This document shows positions 1 to 10,488 of a stretch of DNA of 64,000 bases, one piece after another. The notes beneath the pieces are model-generated. The model was not told where the DNA came from, made no database searches, and saw only the letters and a program-made list of their open reading frames with translations. The DNA comes from Candidatus Poribacteria bacterium (GTDB taxonomy: Bacteria > Poribacteria > WGA-4E > PCPOR2b): the NCBI GenBank assembly GCA_965198175.1, contig OZ240245.1:3616001-3680000 (forward strand), given 5' to 3'. A program made the position numbers and the translations under genes. Within the stretch, counting starts at the first letter, position 1. Every line of letters begins with the position of its first letter.

Positions 1-1488
1 TACCTGTCCTTGTTCACGAGGCTGTAGTGTCAAACCGCGATAAAACTGAGGGGCGTATTGCCCAGAAAAATCACTTGGTTGATACACCTCAAAGATTGGG
101 TGATCCGATTGGTATTCTGACGCCGTTAGCGGTGGACCCCACGCAGCAGGTAGACCAAAACTTGCGGGAAGCCACTCTCCGAACTGGTTGTAGGCAACTA
201 GGTCGATGTCGGCGTTGACAAAATAGATTACACTTTTGCCAGCACGCATAAACGATTGAAGCTGCTGTTGGGCAGGCGTTGAAAGCGTAGGTAGGTCTGC
301 TAAAATGAGAATGTCATAGTCCTCCAACGGGAAATTGTCAAACGCTGCCGCAGAACAAGTTGTCGGCAATATTGTATAATTCACACCGGGATTCAGTTGT
401 GTTTCGGGATTTAATGCAAGGGTTAAATACAAGGTCTGATCACCCACACAAAGCACACGAATTTGACCGTAGACGTGGACTGCAAAATGGCGGCGATTAT
501 CAGCGATTAGTCGATCCGCCGTCAGTTCAAGATACCCGGTGTGGGTACCGGTAGATTCAAAACGATGGGCAAAAGCCGATGTGATTGACTGATGTAACGC
601 TGCTTCAGTGTGCTCGCTTTCACTTTGCCCATCCTTTAAGCCGGGACTCATGGATTGCCGCTTTTGACCATCAATGAATAGTGTTACGACGGTTTCAGCC
701 AACGACGCTTCAGAATGAATGCCGACCTTAGCACCCAACTGGAAAGGGCGATTTATACCAATTAGTTGGGTAGATTGCCGAACTTCTTCAATACTTATGT
801 TGTCTCCAACTTCCTCGCCGACGGGAAGCAGAAAAATCCGCGCCCCCGATCGATTGGGCACACGATCCCAGTTGTCCCAGCCATTCTGATTAAAATCGGA
901 AATGAGGTAAATCTCTTTATTCGGTTCATTGGACAGTTCGAGAATATCGTGCGCCATTTCGAGGCTAGACGGTACGTATGTTGAGCGATAAGAAACCTGC
1001 GCTTCGTCAATTGCTACCTTGACCTGTTCTAGATCTTTTGTTAATTTTCGAAATATTGCATCCGGAATGTCTGACATCAAAATGAGCGCAGCACTATCGC
1101 CGCGCCGGAGCGATTGAATGACTTCGCGTCCGATTGCCCTCGCCTTTTCAAACCGTTCGCCCTGAATACCACGATACCCCATGCTATAGGAATTATCTAA
1201 AATGATGACGTTGCTCGCTTTCGCTCTGGCATCTGCTAGAAGAAACGGACTCTTGAGCAAGGGCCGAGCGAGCGCGACGGTAATCAGTATAATTATCCCC
1301 ATCCGCAGTAGCAAAATCAAGAGATGTTTGAGTTGAATACGCCGAACGCTTTGCCGATGGGCAACCAACAAGAACATCAAGCTACTAAAATCGACTGTCT
1401 TTGCTTGGCGGCGGCTCCATAAATGGATAAACAGCGGCACGGCAACGGCAAGTATTCCAAACAGGAAAATCGGGTTAAGAAATCCCAC
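1..1488 (-). CDS. BatA N-terminal domain / vWA-domain membrane protein (3' end runs off the window)
   Basis: Not in the ORF track. Hand translation from GTG at 1488 gives MGFLNPIFLFGILAVAVPLFIHLWSRRQAKTVDFSSLMFL...LLRM..ALARP (BatA signature) and a vWA-like ILDNSYSM; the frame was open in the segments checked near both ends. Confidence 0.85.
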   Translation of the reverse strand, partial: MGFLNPIFLFGILAVAVPLFIHLWSRRQAKTVDFSSLMFLLVAHRQSVRRIQLKHLLILLLRMGIIILITVALARPLLKSPFLLADARAKASNVIILDNSYSMGYRGIQGERFEKARAIGREVIQSLRRGDSAALILMSDIPDAIFRKLTKDLEQVKVAIDEAQVSYRSTYVPSSLEMAHDILELSNEPNKEIYLISDFNQNGWDNWDRVPNRSGARIFLLPVGEEVGDNISIEEVRQSTQLIGINRPFQLGAKVGIHSEASLAETVVTLFIDGQKRQSMSPGLKDGQSESEHTEAALHQSITSAFAHRFESTGTHTGYLELTADRLIADNRRHFAVHVYGQIRVLCVGDQTLYLTLALNPETQLNPGVNYTILPTTCSAAAFDNFPLEDYDILILADLPTLSTPAQQQLQSFMRAGKSVIYFVNADIDLVAYNQFGEWLPASFGLPAAWGPPLTASEYQSDHPIFEVYQPSDFSGQYAPQFYRGLTLQPREQGQV

Positions 1489-1925
1489 GGTTTTTCGCCC
1501 CTCTGTCAATTGCGACGATTAGATTTAAGTGCGCCCAACAGTGAATTATAGTTTAAACTATCTCCAAAGATCAAGCCGAAAATGGGCGTGCAGTCGCGTA
1601 AAAATACGATTGGAAAATCGGTGAACCACACGAATGGGGATACAAAATAGGCATTTTCCTGTTTTCTTATACGTCTAGTGGTTCAACGTGAGCTACACGA
1701 CTGTATTTTGTTGTTGCTTCTGTGTACAATTTATGATACATTGTGGCTTGTTGGGGCATTGTGTCGTGCAGCGTCCCTAGACTGGAAATCTTCAATAGAG
1801 ATTCGTACGCGGGGTAAATGAACGATAAGCGATTCAATCAGATTTGGTCACGGCGGAGAAACTACGTGGTAGTTCTCAAAAAAGGCGAGACTTTATGGAA
1901 GTCGGAACTCGAAAGGAGATTAACA

Positions 1926-2942
1926 ATGCAGATGAAAAACACATCAACTTTGTGCATGGTGATATTCGTCGCTATTGCGCTTTTTAACGGAATGATGGTA
2001 GTCGAGACGCCTGCAGAAGCGCCCAAGAATGAACTCATTGCGTTCTCGACAAACCCCGTTCAGGAAAGTGGCATCTGGTTGATGGATCCTGACGGGAAGA
2101 ACCAACGTGCGATTCTAGTGATTGAGGGGAAGCCGGGGCCTCTCGGGTTGGTTTGGTCACTAGACGGGAGCCGGATTGCATTTCACACCGAAGTAAATGA
2201 AAACATTGATGTATATGTGGTCGATGCTGACGGACAGAATCTTCTACAACTCACTAACCATGAGGCAGAAGATAGCTGGCCGAGCTGGCATCCCGGCGGT
2301 CAAAAAATTGCCTTTTGCACCAACCGAGATGGGAATTTTGAAATCTATGCGGTCACGTTGGCTGGACAGGGATTGGTCAACGTCACCAATGATCCTGTTA
2401 GGGATAGGGAGCCGGCATGGTCGCCAGATGGTCGGAAGATTGCTTTCGCTTCCAAACGAGGCAAGAGCCTCGGGGATATCTGGGTGATGGATAATAGTGG
2501 CGGCAACCTGCAAAATCTTACAAACGTCCGTGGACAGGATTTACAACCCAGATGGTCGTGGGACGGCCAGAAAGTTGGCTGGACATCGCGTCGAGACGGG
2601 TCTGAAGAGATATGGGCGATGGACGCAGATGGCGCAAACGAGTTGAAAGTCAGCAGCAAACAGGACCCCAAGCCCGGCGGCAGTTTCGACTGTTCGGAGC
2701 CGGGTTGGAAACCGAACGGTAAGGAGATTGCTTCAACCGCGCTAGGAGGTGGTAGTGCGACTATTCGCATACACGCTGCAAATGGCAGTCTGCAACGGCT
2801 AGATTTGGCACGCCAAGGTAAGCAAAACCGTTCACCCGCCTGGTTCGACCCTGACTTCGCCATAGTAGAATTTTCTGTATCTCCTGCTGAGAAACAGGTC
2901 TTAACGTGGGGTTGGCTCAAGCGGATGGGGCGGGTTAATTGA
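1926..2942 (+). CDS. TolB-like (PD40/WD40-like) beta-propeller secreted protein, paralogue 1
   Basis: Repeated P.WSPDG.KIAF.S.R motifs; signal peptide; GAAAGGAGA RBS before ATG 1926 (track start 1818); C-terminal SVSPAEKQVLTWGWLK. Confidence 0.85.
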   Translation: MQMKNTSTLCMVIFVAIALFNGMMVVETPAEAPKNELIAFSTNPVQESGIWLMDPDGKNQRAILVIEGKPGPLGLVWSLDGSRIAFHTEVNENIDVYVVDADGQNLLQLTNHEAEDSWPSWHPGGQKIAFCTNRDGNFEIYAVTLAGQGLVNVTNDPVRDREPAWSPDGRKIAFASKRGKSLGDIWVMDNSGGNLQNLTNVRGQDLQPRWSWDGQKVGWTSRRDGSEEIWAMDADGANELKVSSKQDPKPGGSFDCSEPGWKPNGKEIASTALGGGSATIRIHAANGSLQRLDLARQGKQNRSPAWFDPDFAIVEFSVSPAEKQVLTWGWLKRMGRVN

Positions 2943-3018
2943 TGCGTTTCTCGTTCACACAATCTTCCACTTCCGCCTTGTAAGAACACACATCTTACGA
3001 GAAGTAAAGGGATGGACA

Positions 3019-4068
3019 ATGCAAGTTAGATACATACTAACCACGCGCATAGTGACCATCACTGTCATCGCTATTGTTTGCTGTTTCACATTGATCGGCG
3101 TGTCCGCGCAAGCGCCCGACAGGGCAACCATTGCATTCTCCACGAACGACAAGGCTAACGGCGGCATCTGGTTGATTGACATTGATGTGCGTGGAGGACA
3201 GGGAAAGGGCGATGTTCATGTGCAAAACCAACGCCTCCTTCTGGCGATTGACGGAAACCCCATTCCCACGGGTTTGGTGTGGTCGCCGGACGGGCGGAAA
3301 ATTGCGTTCCACACCGAGATCGATGAAAACATAGATGTCTACGTGGTCGATGGTGACGGACAGAACCTTCGTCAACTCACCGACCATGAAGCGGAGGATA
3401 GCTGGCCGAGTTGGCATCCGGGCGGCGAAAAACTTGCTTTTTGCACTAACCGAGATGGGAATTTTGAGATTTATGTGATGACGTCAACCGGACAAGGACT
3501 ATTTAATCTCACCAACGACCCCGTTAAGGATAGGGAGCCCGATTGGTCGCGAAATGGTCGACTGATTGCTTTCGCTTCCAAGCGTGGAAAGAGCCTCGGA
3601 GATATCTGGGTGATGGATAGCAGTGGTGGAAACCTGCAAAATCTTACGGATGTCCGCGGCGAAGATACGCAGCCCAGGTGGTCGTGGGACGGTCAGAAAA
3701 TCGCCTGGACCTCGCGTCGAAATGGGAACGATGAGATTATGACGATGGACGCTGCCGATGGCGGGAACTTGTTAAAGATTAGCGATCTCAAGGACGCGAG
3801 ATCTCAGGGGCGTCCAAATCGGGAACCGAGCTGGAAACCGGACGGCAGGGCGATCGCCGCACCAGCATTGGGGGGTGGTAAGTCGTTTATTATGATACAT
3901 CCCACAGATGGGAGTTTGCAATGGCAAGACCTGCCCGCTGTAGGCATTCAGAACCGTTCACCTGCCTGGTTCGACCCTGAGTTTATCATAGAAGAATTTT
4001 CCGTATCCCCCGCCGAGAAACAAGCCTTAACGTGGGGTTGGATTAAACAGATGGTACGAAGTAATTGA
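3019..4068 (+). CDS. TolB-like beta-propeller secreted protein, paralogue 2
   Basis: Highly similar to its neighbours; PD40-type repeats; signal peptide; C-terminal LTWGWIK. Confidence 0.85.
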   Translation: MQVRYILTTRIVTITVIAIVCCFTLIGVSAQAPDRATIAFSTNDKANGGIWLIDIDVRGGQGKGDVHVQNQRLLLAIDGNPIPTGLVWSPDGRKIAFHTEIDENIDVYVVDGDGQNLRQLTDHEAEDSWPSWHPGGEKLAFCTNRDGNFEIYVMTSTGQGLFNLTNDPVKDREPDWSRNGRLIAFASKRGKSLGDIWVMDSSGGNLQNLTDVRGEDTQPRWSWDGQKIAWTSRRNGNDEIMTMDAADGGNLLKISDLKDARSQGRPNREPSWKPDGRAIAAPALGGGKSFIMIHPTDGSLQWQDLPAVGIQNRSPAWFDPEFIIEEFSVSPAEKQALTWGWIKQMVRSN

Positions 4069-4149
4069 GGTATTTCTCGAAATCAATTTATCTGAAAACG
4101 TAGGTCCCCACACCACTTCAGGGGGCTGGATCTTGAAAGGAGATTAGCT

Positions 4150-5130
4150 ATGCGCGAGGTTACATTTATCGCTATCGCGCTTCTTAACAGCATGATAGCG
4201 GGCGTGGTGTCCGCAGAAGCGCCTAAAAACGAGACGATTGCGTTTTCCACCAACCATGGTGCGGACAGTGGCATCTGGTTGATGGATCCTGATGGGAACA
4301 ACCAACGCGCGCTTCTAGCGATTGAAGGGAACCCAATCCCGCTGGGCTTAGTGTGGTCTTCAGACGGAAGCAGAATTGCGTTCCACACCGAGATAAATAA
4401 AAATATTGACGTCTATGTAGTCGATGCCGACGGGCAAAATCTCCGTCAACTCACCGACCATGAGGCAGAAGATAGCTGGCCGAGCTGGCATCCCGGCGGT
4501 CAAAAAATTGCCTTTTGCACCAACCGAGATGGGAACTTTGAAATCTATATGTTGACATTAGGCGGACAGGGACTAGTCAACCTCACCAATGACACTGCTA
4601 AGGATAGGGAGCCCGCTTGGTCGCCAGATGCTCGAAAGATTGCCTTCGCGTCTAAGCGAGGAAAGAGCCTTGGGGATATCTGGGTGATGGACAACAATGG
4701 CGGAAACCTACAAAATCTTACAGACGTTCGCGGTCAAGATACAGAACCTAGATGGTCGTGGGACGGTCAGAAAATCGGGTGGACCTCGCGTCGAAATGGG
4801 AACGATGAAATCTGGATAATGGACGGCGCGGATGGCGGAAATCTGTTGAAAATTACGGACCTCAAAGATAATAGCGACCCGAATCGGGAACCAACTTGGA
4901 AACCCAACGGCAAAAAAATCGCTTCCCCAGCTCTGGGAGGTGGGTCTGCGACTATTCGCATACACCCAACAGACGGTAGTCTAAAGTGGAATAACTTGCA
5001 ACGTGCGGGCACGCAAAACCGTTCACCAGCTTGGTTTGACCCTGACTTTGTTGAAGCATTTTCCGTATCCCCCACCGAGAAACAAGCCTTAACGTGGGGT
5101 TGGCTCAAACAGATGGGACGAGATAATTGA
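4150..5130 (+). CDS. TolB-like beta-propeller secreted protein, paralogue 3
   Basis: As above; GAAAGGAGA RBS; C-terminal LTWGWLK. Confidence 0.85.
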   Translation: MREVTFIAIALLNSMIAGVVSAEAPKNETIAFSTNHGADSGIWLMDPDGNNQRALLAIEGNPIPLGLVWSSDGSRIAFHTEINKNIDVYVVDADGQNLRQLTDHEAEDSWPSWHPGGQKIAFCTNRDGNFEIYMLTLGGQGLVNLTNDTAKDREPAWSPDARKIAFASKRGKSLGDIWVMDNNGGNLQNLTDVRGQDTEPRWSWDGQKIGWTSRRNGNDEIWIMDGADGGNLLKITDLKDNSDPNREPTWKPNGKKIASPALGGGSATIRIHPTDGSLKWNNLQRAGTQNRSPAWFDPDFVEAFSVSPTEKQALTWGWLKQMGRDN

Positions 5131-5309
5131 GGCGTTTCGCGTAATCAACTTGCCGGATAATGTCGACTTAGCAAACGCCATTAAGCCGAGATGGTTTACT
5201 ATCCACTCAGTATTCCGCTACTTACGTTGAAAACCTGTTGCTTGACTAACGCCCGCCTTAAGCTCGATTCAAAAGCGGTCAAGGCGGATTCGATAGAAAG
5301 GGGTTAACC

Positions 5310-6041
5310 GTGCAAATTCTCAATCTTGAATCGGGTACTCCATTCAAAATGGGTAAGGGACAAAATTGGCGCGTCGTACATCCTGATATGGGTGCAAACC
5401 AACTGACGCTCAACCACGGCGTGCACGCACCGGGACAAGAATTCACGCAACATTTCCACGATTATTCAGAGGATATGATTGTGCTTCTCGAAGGTGGAAG
5501 CAGTGTGCGCCAAGGCGATGTCTACACACCCGTTTCGGCAAGGAATGCTGTTTTTGTGCCGGTCGGCGAGGTACATGGTACAGTTAACCAGACTGGCAAA
5601 CCGGCGCGCCTCATCAGTTTCCAATCTCCGCCTGACATGGCGCTATACCACGGCGAACGCGATCGCTCTCCCGATCAGATCCCAAAACCCCAACCCGACC
5701 ACAGAAGTGCGGTGCAAGTCATTGAGATGGCGAAGAGCGGTCCTGTTTTCGGCAAATCGGGCGACTGGCGTTGTGTAATCTCTCCCCAGCGGGGATCTCA
5801 GCATATCTCGCTTGAGTATATAAGACTCTCTGTAGCTGAAGGGTTCGAACATGAACGTGGATCCACAGAATCGATTTATGTATTGATTGATGGCGAGGCA
5901 GAAGTGAGCGCTGGCAGCCAGACGTGGAACCTAACTGCGAAAGATGTCATATTTCTCAATCCGGAAGAGACATTCTCGCTTTCACCGGTTGTGGGCAATC
6001 AGTTGCTTACCCTATTGCATTGCCGTGCAGTAAGCGGATAA
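5310..6041 (+). CDS. Bicupin-domain protein
   Basis: Cupin motifs HFHDYSED...EG and VPVGEVHG, plus a second degenerate cupin (ESIYVLIDG). Confidence 0.75.
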   Translation: MQILNLESGTPFKMGKGQNWRVVHPDMGANQLTLNHGVHAPGQEFTQHFHDYSEDMIVLLEGGSSVRQGDVYTPVSARNAVFVPVGEVHGTVNQTGKPARLISFQSPPDMALYHGERDRSPDQIPKPQPDHRSAVQVIEMAKSGPVFGKSGDWRCVISPQRGSQHISLEYIRLSVAEGFEHERGSTESIYVLIDGEAEVSAGSQTWNLTAKDVIFLNPEETFSLSPVVGNQLLTLLHCRAVSG

Positions 6042-6136
6042 GGTAATGTGAAGAGCTTGCTGTGTTGTGACAACGCGTTTCGAGCGAAGTCTCGTAGGGC
6101 TCAATGGACCGATTATAAATAAAAGGAGAAATCCAG

Positions 6137-6901
6137 ATGCTGACGGAAAAGCAAGTCGAGGCTTATAAACGAGATGGTCACATCAAAGTTGAGGGGGTTT
6201 TTACCCCGGAAGAGATTGAAGAACTCAAAAGCGAAATGGTTCGGATTATTGAAGAATGGGGAGAAGAAACCATCGGTTGGCAAGGTCCTTGGCGCGACCG
6301 TTACCTACCTGAAGATGAGCGCCAGAATACGAGGGCGGTCCTGCTGCACAGGCCCCATAATTATTCATCGACGTGGGGGCGCGTCCTTTTTCACCCACGA
6401 TTAATCGGCTGCGTCCAAGCCTTAATCGGTGCCAACGTTCAGTGGCATCACACATGTCTTCATGCGAAACCGCCAGAATTGGGTACCCCCTTCCCCATGC
6501 ACCAGGATTATCCATTTTACCCACATGACGGGCCTGACTTTGTCGATTGCCTAGTTCATCTTGATGACACACCGCTTGAGAGCGGCTGTCTCCGTGTGGT
6601 TCCTGGGAGTCACAAGCAAGGTCCGCTGAAGCACATCACCGGTTCACACACCTCGCCTCATCTTCCGCCTGATAAATACCATCCGGACTGGGTTGAATCG
6701 GTCGCCATCCCCGCGAAGTCAGGTGACGTGATTTTCTTCAGTTACTATACGATTCACTGGTCCGACGTGAACCGGACACACGAATGGCGGAAGTCGGTGC
6801 GTTTTGGCTATCACGCTCCGGAGATGCGCCCAGTCGGAAGCAATCCGAGCGAACCTTACGACAATATCATCACCGGGGGCTTTAAGGAGCACAAGGCGTG
6901 A
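6137..6901 (+). CDS. Phytanoyl-CoA dioxygenase (PhyH) family Fe/2OG dioxygenase
   Basis: HQD facial-triad motif, GCLRVVPGSHK, distal H..N...R; AGGAGA RBS. Confidence 0.9.
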   Translation: MLTEKQVEAYKRDGHIKVEGVFTPEEIEELKSEMVRIIEEWGEETIGWQGPWRDRYLPEDERQNTRAVLLHRPHNYSSTWGRVLFHPRLIGCVQALIGANVQWHHTCLHAKPPELGTPFPMHQDYPFYPHDGPDFVDCLVHLDDTPLESGCLRVVPGSHKQGPLKHITGSHTSPHLPPDKYHPDWVESVAIPAKSGDVIFFSYYTIHWSDVNRTHEWRKSVRFGYHAPEMRPVGSNPSEPYDNIITGGFKEHKA

Positions 6902-7058
6902 GTCGAAATGGCGCGATGGGACTCATTGACTACCCACTACACACTGCCAACCCGCATCGAAGTCACAGTTTGTTCCTGTGCGGAGTGTGGCGAGACTGAG
7001 CGTTCATCGTTTGGTTGTAAGAAATCACACACCACGTGCAATACAAAGCAGGGATCCG

Positions 7059-8690
7059 ATGAAACAGCAATTTTCACAAGCGCACCTTGATGCGGTGAAT
7101 CAAAACCGACGAATCATTGTCAACTTCGACACCAATTTCGGCGCTCCGTCTGTGGTCTGCCCGTTAGCTGGCATGGATATAGAACGCTTAGTGAAGGGCT
7201 ACTTCAGCATGATCGATGAAGCGGGGATTCAGATGGACAGCATCTGGTGGTGTTGGCTGGACGGCAATTACGCAAATTATCCAAGCCAAATTCTACCCGT
7301 TTGGGAACTGCCCGGATTCAAGCAGTGGTGGGACGCCGGAATTGACCCGGTGCGAGTCTTCGCTGAGGAGACCAAGAAACGAGGTCGGGAAGCTTTCTTT
7401 TCTTACCGTCTGAATGGGACAGACATGGCGAGTATCGAGCCATTGAGCAAGCCGATACTGAAAGAAGCCCACCCTGAGTGGCTCATCCATACTTGGGAGG
7501 CATATCGAAACCCTGGTTACTGGAACTTCACCGTGCAAGACGTGCGCGACTACAAGCTGAGCATCCTACGTGAGGTGGCGGAGAACTACGATTACGACGG
7601 TATTGAGATAGACTTTTCCAGGGGGCCGGTGACGCTTCCTCCCGGACATCAATGGGAAAACCGAGAATGTTTGACCGAATTCATGCGTGCGGTACGAGCG
7701 ATGACGCTGGAAATTGAAGAAAGACGTGACCGACCATTTCTGCTCGCTGCTCGAATACCGGAGAACCTAGAAGGGTGTCATTTTGATGGGATGGATGTCG
7801 AAACTTGGGCGAGTGAGGGGTTGGTGGATATCTTCGTCTTGGGCAATCGCTCCTTCAATGTAGACATCGCCGCCTTTCGTCGAATCACAGGGGGGACTGA
7901 GATAAAGCTTTATCCGTGCATAGACGATCATCACGCTTCCGACGGTTATCTGCATCCACCAATCTCCGTTTTCCGCAGTGTATTCGCCAACTGGTGGCAT
8001 CAGGGAGCGGATGGCATCCAGACGTTCAACTTTAGCAACTGGACCCCAGCCGGTGCAGCCTTTCTCGGTTGGAGCGAGATTGAACCGGTGTGGGCAACGC
8101 ACCGTCAGGCGTACCGGGAAATGATCGGTCCGGAGGCGCTCAAACACAAGGACAAGACTTTTGTGGTAGAGCGGCGCGGAGGTGGACATGGACCTACGGT
8201 TGTCCCCAATCCGGAGGATTGGACTACGCCGAGATGGATGTATTTCATCACAAATATGTTCGCTCCGTTGCCAGCCACTATGGCGAACGACGGCAAAGCC
8301 GACACCCTGTTGAAGGTGTATGTTGCCGACAACCTTGCTGACGAAACCGAGCAAGTTGAGCGTATTACCATTCGCGTTTTGCTGTCGGATCCAGCAGCGG
8401 AACATCTTCCATCCAATCAGCGGCTTCAGGTTATCACCGTTGCCACCAAAGCCCACACCCTCCAAAACATCCCGCCAGCAAAAGGTATTGAAGACCAGCT
8501 TGAGCTAAGACTCAATAATGCTCTACTTGAACGCCCGGTTGTAGACGAGGGCTGGTTGGTCTTCGCAGCAAAACCAAATCAATTCGCTGTAGGCAACAAT
8601 CTAATTGGGCTTCGTGTCACCGCGCGTCCGGCGGACGCCCAAGTCGAAGTCTCGATTGAAAAGCTGGAAGTCCATGTGAATTACCGATGA
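7059..8690 (+). CDS. Glycoside hydrolase-like (GHL10-type TIM barrel) protein
   Basis: FFSYRLN, HPEWL, WNF...VRDY, YDYDGIEIDFSR motifs; start at ATG 7059 inferred (track start 6978). Confidence 0.7.
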   Translation: MKQQFSQAHLDAVNQNRRIIVNFDTNFGAPSVVCPLAGMDIERLVKGYFSMIDEAGIQMDSIWWCWLDGNYANYPSQILPVWELPGFKQWWDAGIDPVRVFAEETKKRGREAFFSYRLNGTDMASIEPLSKPILKEAHPEWLIHTWEAYRNPGYWNFTVQDVRDYKLSILREVAENYDYDGIEIDFSRGPVTLPPGHQWENRECLTEFMRAVRAMTLEIEERRDRPFLLAARIPENLEGCHFDGMDVETWASEGLVDIFVLGNRSFNVDIAAFRRITGGTEIKLYPCIDDHHASDGYLHPPISVFRSVFANWWHQGADGIQTFNFSNWTPAGAAFLGWSEIEPVWATHRQAYREMIGPEALKHKDKTFVVERRGGGHGPTVVPNPEDWTTPRWMYFITNMFAPLPATMANDGKADTLLKVYVADNLADETEQVERITIRVLLSDPAAEHLPSNQRLQVITVATKAHTLQNIPPAKGIEDQLELRLNNALLERPVVDEGWLVFAAKPNQFAVGNNLIGLRVTARPADAQVEVSIEKLEVHVNYR

Positions 8691-8824
8691 GGTCAGTGCT
8701 CCGGCAATACGCGAATAAATCAACCACCGCCCTAGACCACGGCGACGACAATAGCTGAACCATACCATCATATTCGACGAGAACGGATAAAACTGAGAAT
8801 AACATCAAGATTAGGAAGAAGAAC

Positions 8825-9928
8825 ATGGATCTTAAAGATGCGAGGATGCAGTTGGAGGATGAGGGATATTGCGTGTTGGCAGATCTGCTCGACCCACAGG
8901 AAGCAGAACATATCGACACTCTTGCACGTCGCACGATGGAGCCCCGTGAGGGGTATATCAGTATGGAGACCTCTCTGAATTACATTCCGGAGCTTGCTCC
9001 GCTGTGCATTCAACCAACGCTTGTGGAACTTGCGGAAGAGATGTTAGGGAAGGACTTCATACTGGCTAACAATGTGGCGATGAAGTGGTGTAAACCCGGC
9101 GCGCCATCGGGACCTCTACATTGGGGAGGGCGGTTCAAGGATATTCCCCGATTGACAGAATTCCAGGTCTTCTGGATGCTCACAGACTTTACAGCCGAGA
9201 ACGGCGCTACGTTAGCCGTACCGTTTAGTCATCACACAGGGCGCCCGCCTGGGCGCAATGCCTATCCCCAAGAGATTCCGGTCGTCGGGAAAAAAGGGGC
9301 TGTGTTAATCTTTGACGGCAGAATTTGGCACCGCAGCGGCGCGAACACAACGACGGATCAGCATCGTATGGCTGCGAACATGATGTATCTGCCCGGCAGC
9401 GTCGATCGCGGCGGAGAGTGGCCGTTGGTGACGCGCGAACGCTACAATCAGTTCCCCCCACAGTTGCAAGCGATGCTCGTGCAGTCCGTAGCATTGACGG
9501 ATACGCCGCCACCTGCCGCGAAGCACCCGCGAATTTGGACTATGCTCGATTATCAGGAGGTTAAGCACGCTGCAGACGGCAAGCTTGCCACGAACTTGAC
9601 TATTACCACGGGTTCCGCATTCTCAACCGCAATACGGTTTCCGCAGGCGTCCGCGTTGGAAGTAAAGAAGACATGGGCTTGCTGGGTGTTTCCGGAGGGC
9701 ACTTGGGCAATTGGAGGAAACTCTGAGCTTGAACTGTACGTGGATGACGTCAAGCTCACACATTTCGCAGTTGCAGCTGGCGAAGGCGAGCTCTCAATTC
9801 AGTCTTTGGCAGAGCAAGTTACCTCACGCATTGCTGATACAACGAAACTATACAATATCACGCTCAAGAACGTAGGCGACCACGATGTGTTTATCCGGGA
9901 GCTTTGGGTCCGATGGCTGGCGAGCTAG
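8825..9928 (+). CDS. PhyH-family dioxygenase with C-terminal beta-rich extension
   Basis: FWMLTDFTAENGATLAVPFSH and IWHRSGAN..R motifs; extra C-terminal ~130 aa. Confidence 0.8.
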   Translation: MDLKDARMQLEDEGYCVLADLLDPQEAEHIDTLARRTMEPREGYISMETSLNYIPELAPLCIQPTLVELAEEMLGKDFILANNVAMKWCKPGAPSGPLHWGGRFKDIPRLTEFQVFWMLTDFTAENGATLAVPFSHHTGRPPGRNAYPQEIPVVGKKGAVLIFDGRIWHRSGANTTTDQHRMAANMMYLPGSVDRGGEWPLVTRERYNQFPPQLQAMLVQSVALTDTPPPAAKHPRIWTMLDYQEVKHAADGKLATNLTITTGSAFSTAIRFPQASALEVKKTWACWVFPEGTWAIGGNSELELYVDDVKLTHFAVAAGEGELSIQSLAEQVTSRIADTTKLYNITLKNVGDHDVFIRELWVRWLAS

Positions 9929-10164
9929 AGTACCATCAGAACGGTTGTATTATTCCGCTGTGGGAGGGACATCCTTGTCCCAATAATCGGGGCTAGGAAG
10001 CCCCTTCCGAAGATATTTTCGATACTTATCTGAAGCTGTACTCGTAAAGTGGCATCTTTACTTTCTAACGGTTGTCCGTGTGAACGGCAGTTGTAGTCCT
10101 TTCCACCAGTAGGTGGCACTTTTCGTTTTTTCCCTTGTATTTCCGTGCAGCGGATAGAATCTTC

Positions 10165-10479
10165 TTACTTGCTTACCAACATTTTCCGCGTTGCCACAAA
10201 ATCCTCCACGGTCAGAGTGCAAAAATAAAGGCCACTCGCCATAGGCTCACCTTGTTGATTGCGTCCGTCCCAATGCGCCGCACGGCTTCGGCTCTGATAC
10301 ACACCTGCAGCTTGACGCCCCAACGCCAAACGCCGAACCACCTGCCCGTTCATATCATAGATAGTGAGTGTGACCTCCGCTGGTTCTGTCAACTGATACG
10401 GTATCCATGTCTCGGGGTTGAACGGGTTGGGATAATTTTGCAACAAGACGGTTTGCTTGATATCTCCCAACATCGTCAA
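10165..10479 (-). CDS. FlgD-Ig / T9SS-like C-terminal domain, detached from the upstream WD40 gene by an in-frame TAA
   Basis: LLQNYPNPFNPETWIPY...WDGRN..GE..ASGLYF; same frame as 10489..12438. Confidence 0.8.
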   Translation of the reverse strand: MTMLGDIKQTVLLQNYPNPFNPETWIPYQLTEPAEVTLTIYDMNGQVVRRLALGRQAAGVYQSRSRAAHWDGRNQQGEPMASGLYFCTLTVEDFVATRKMLVSK

Positions 10480-10488
10480 GCGTTTTGC

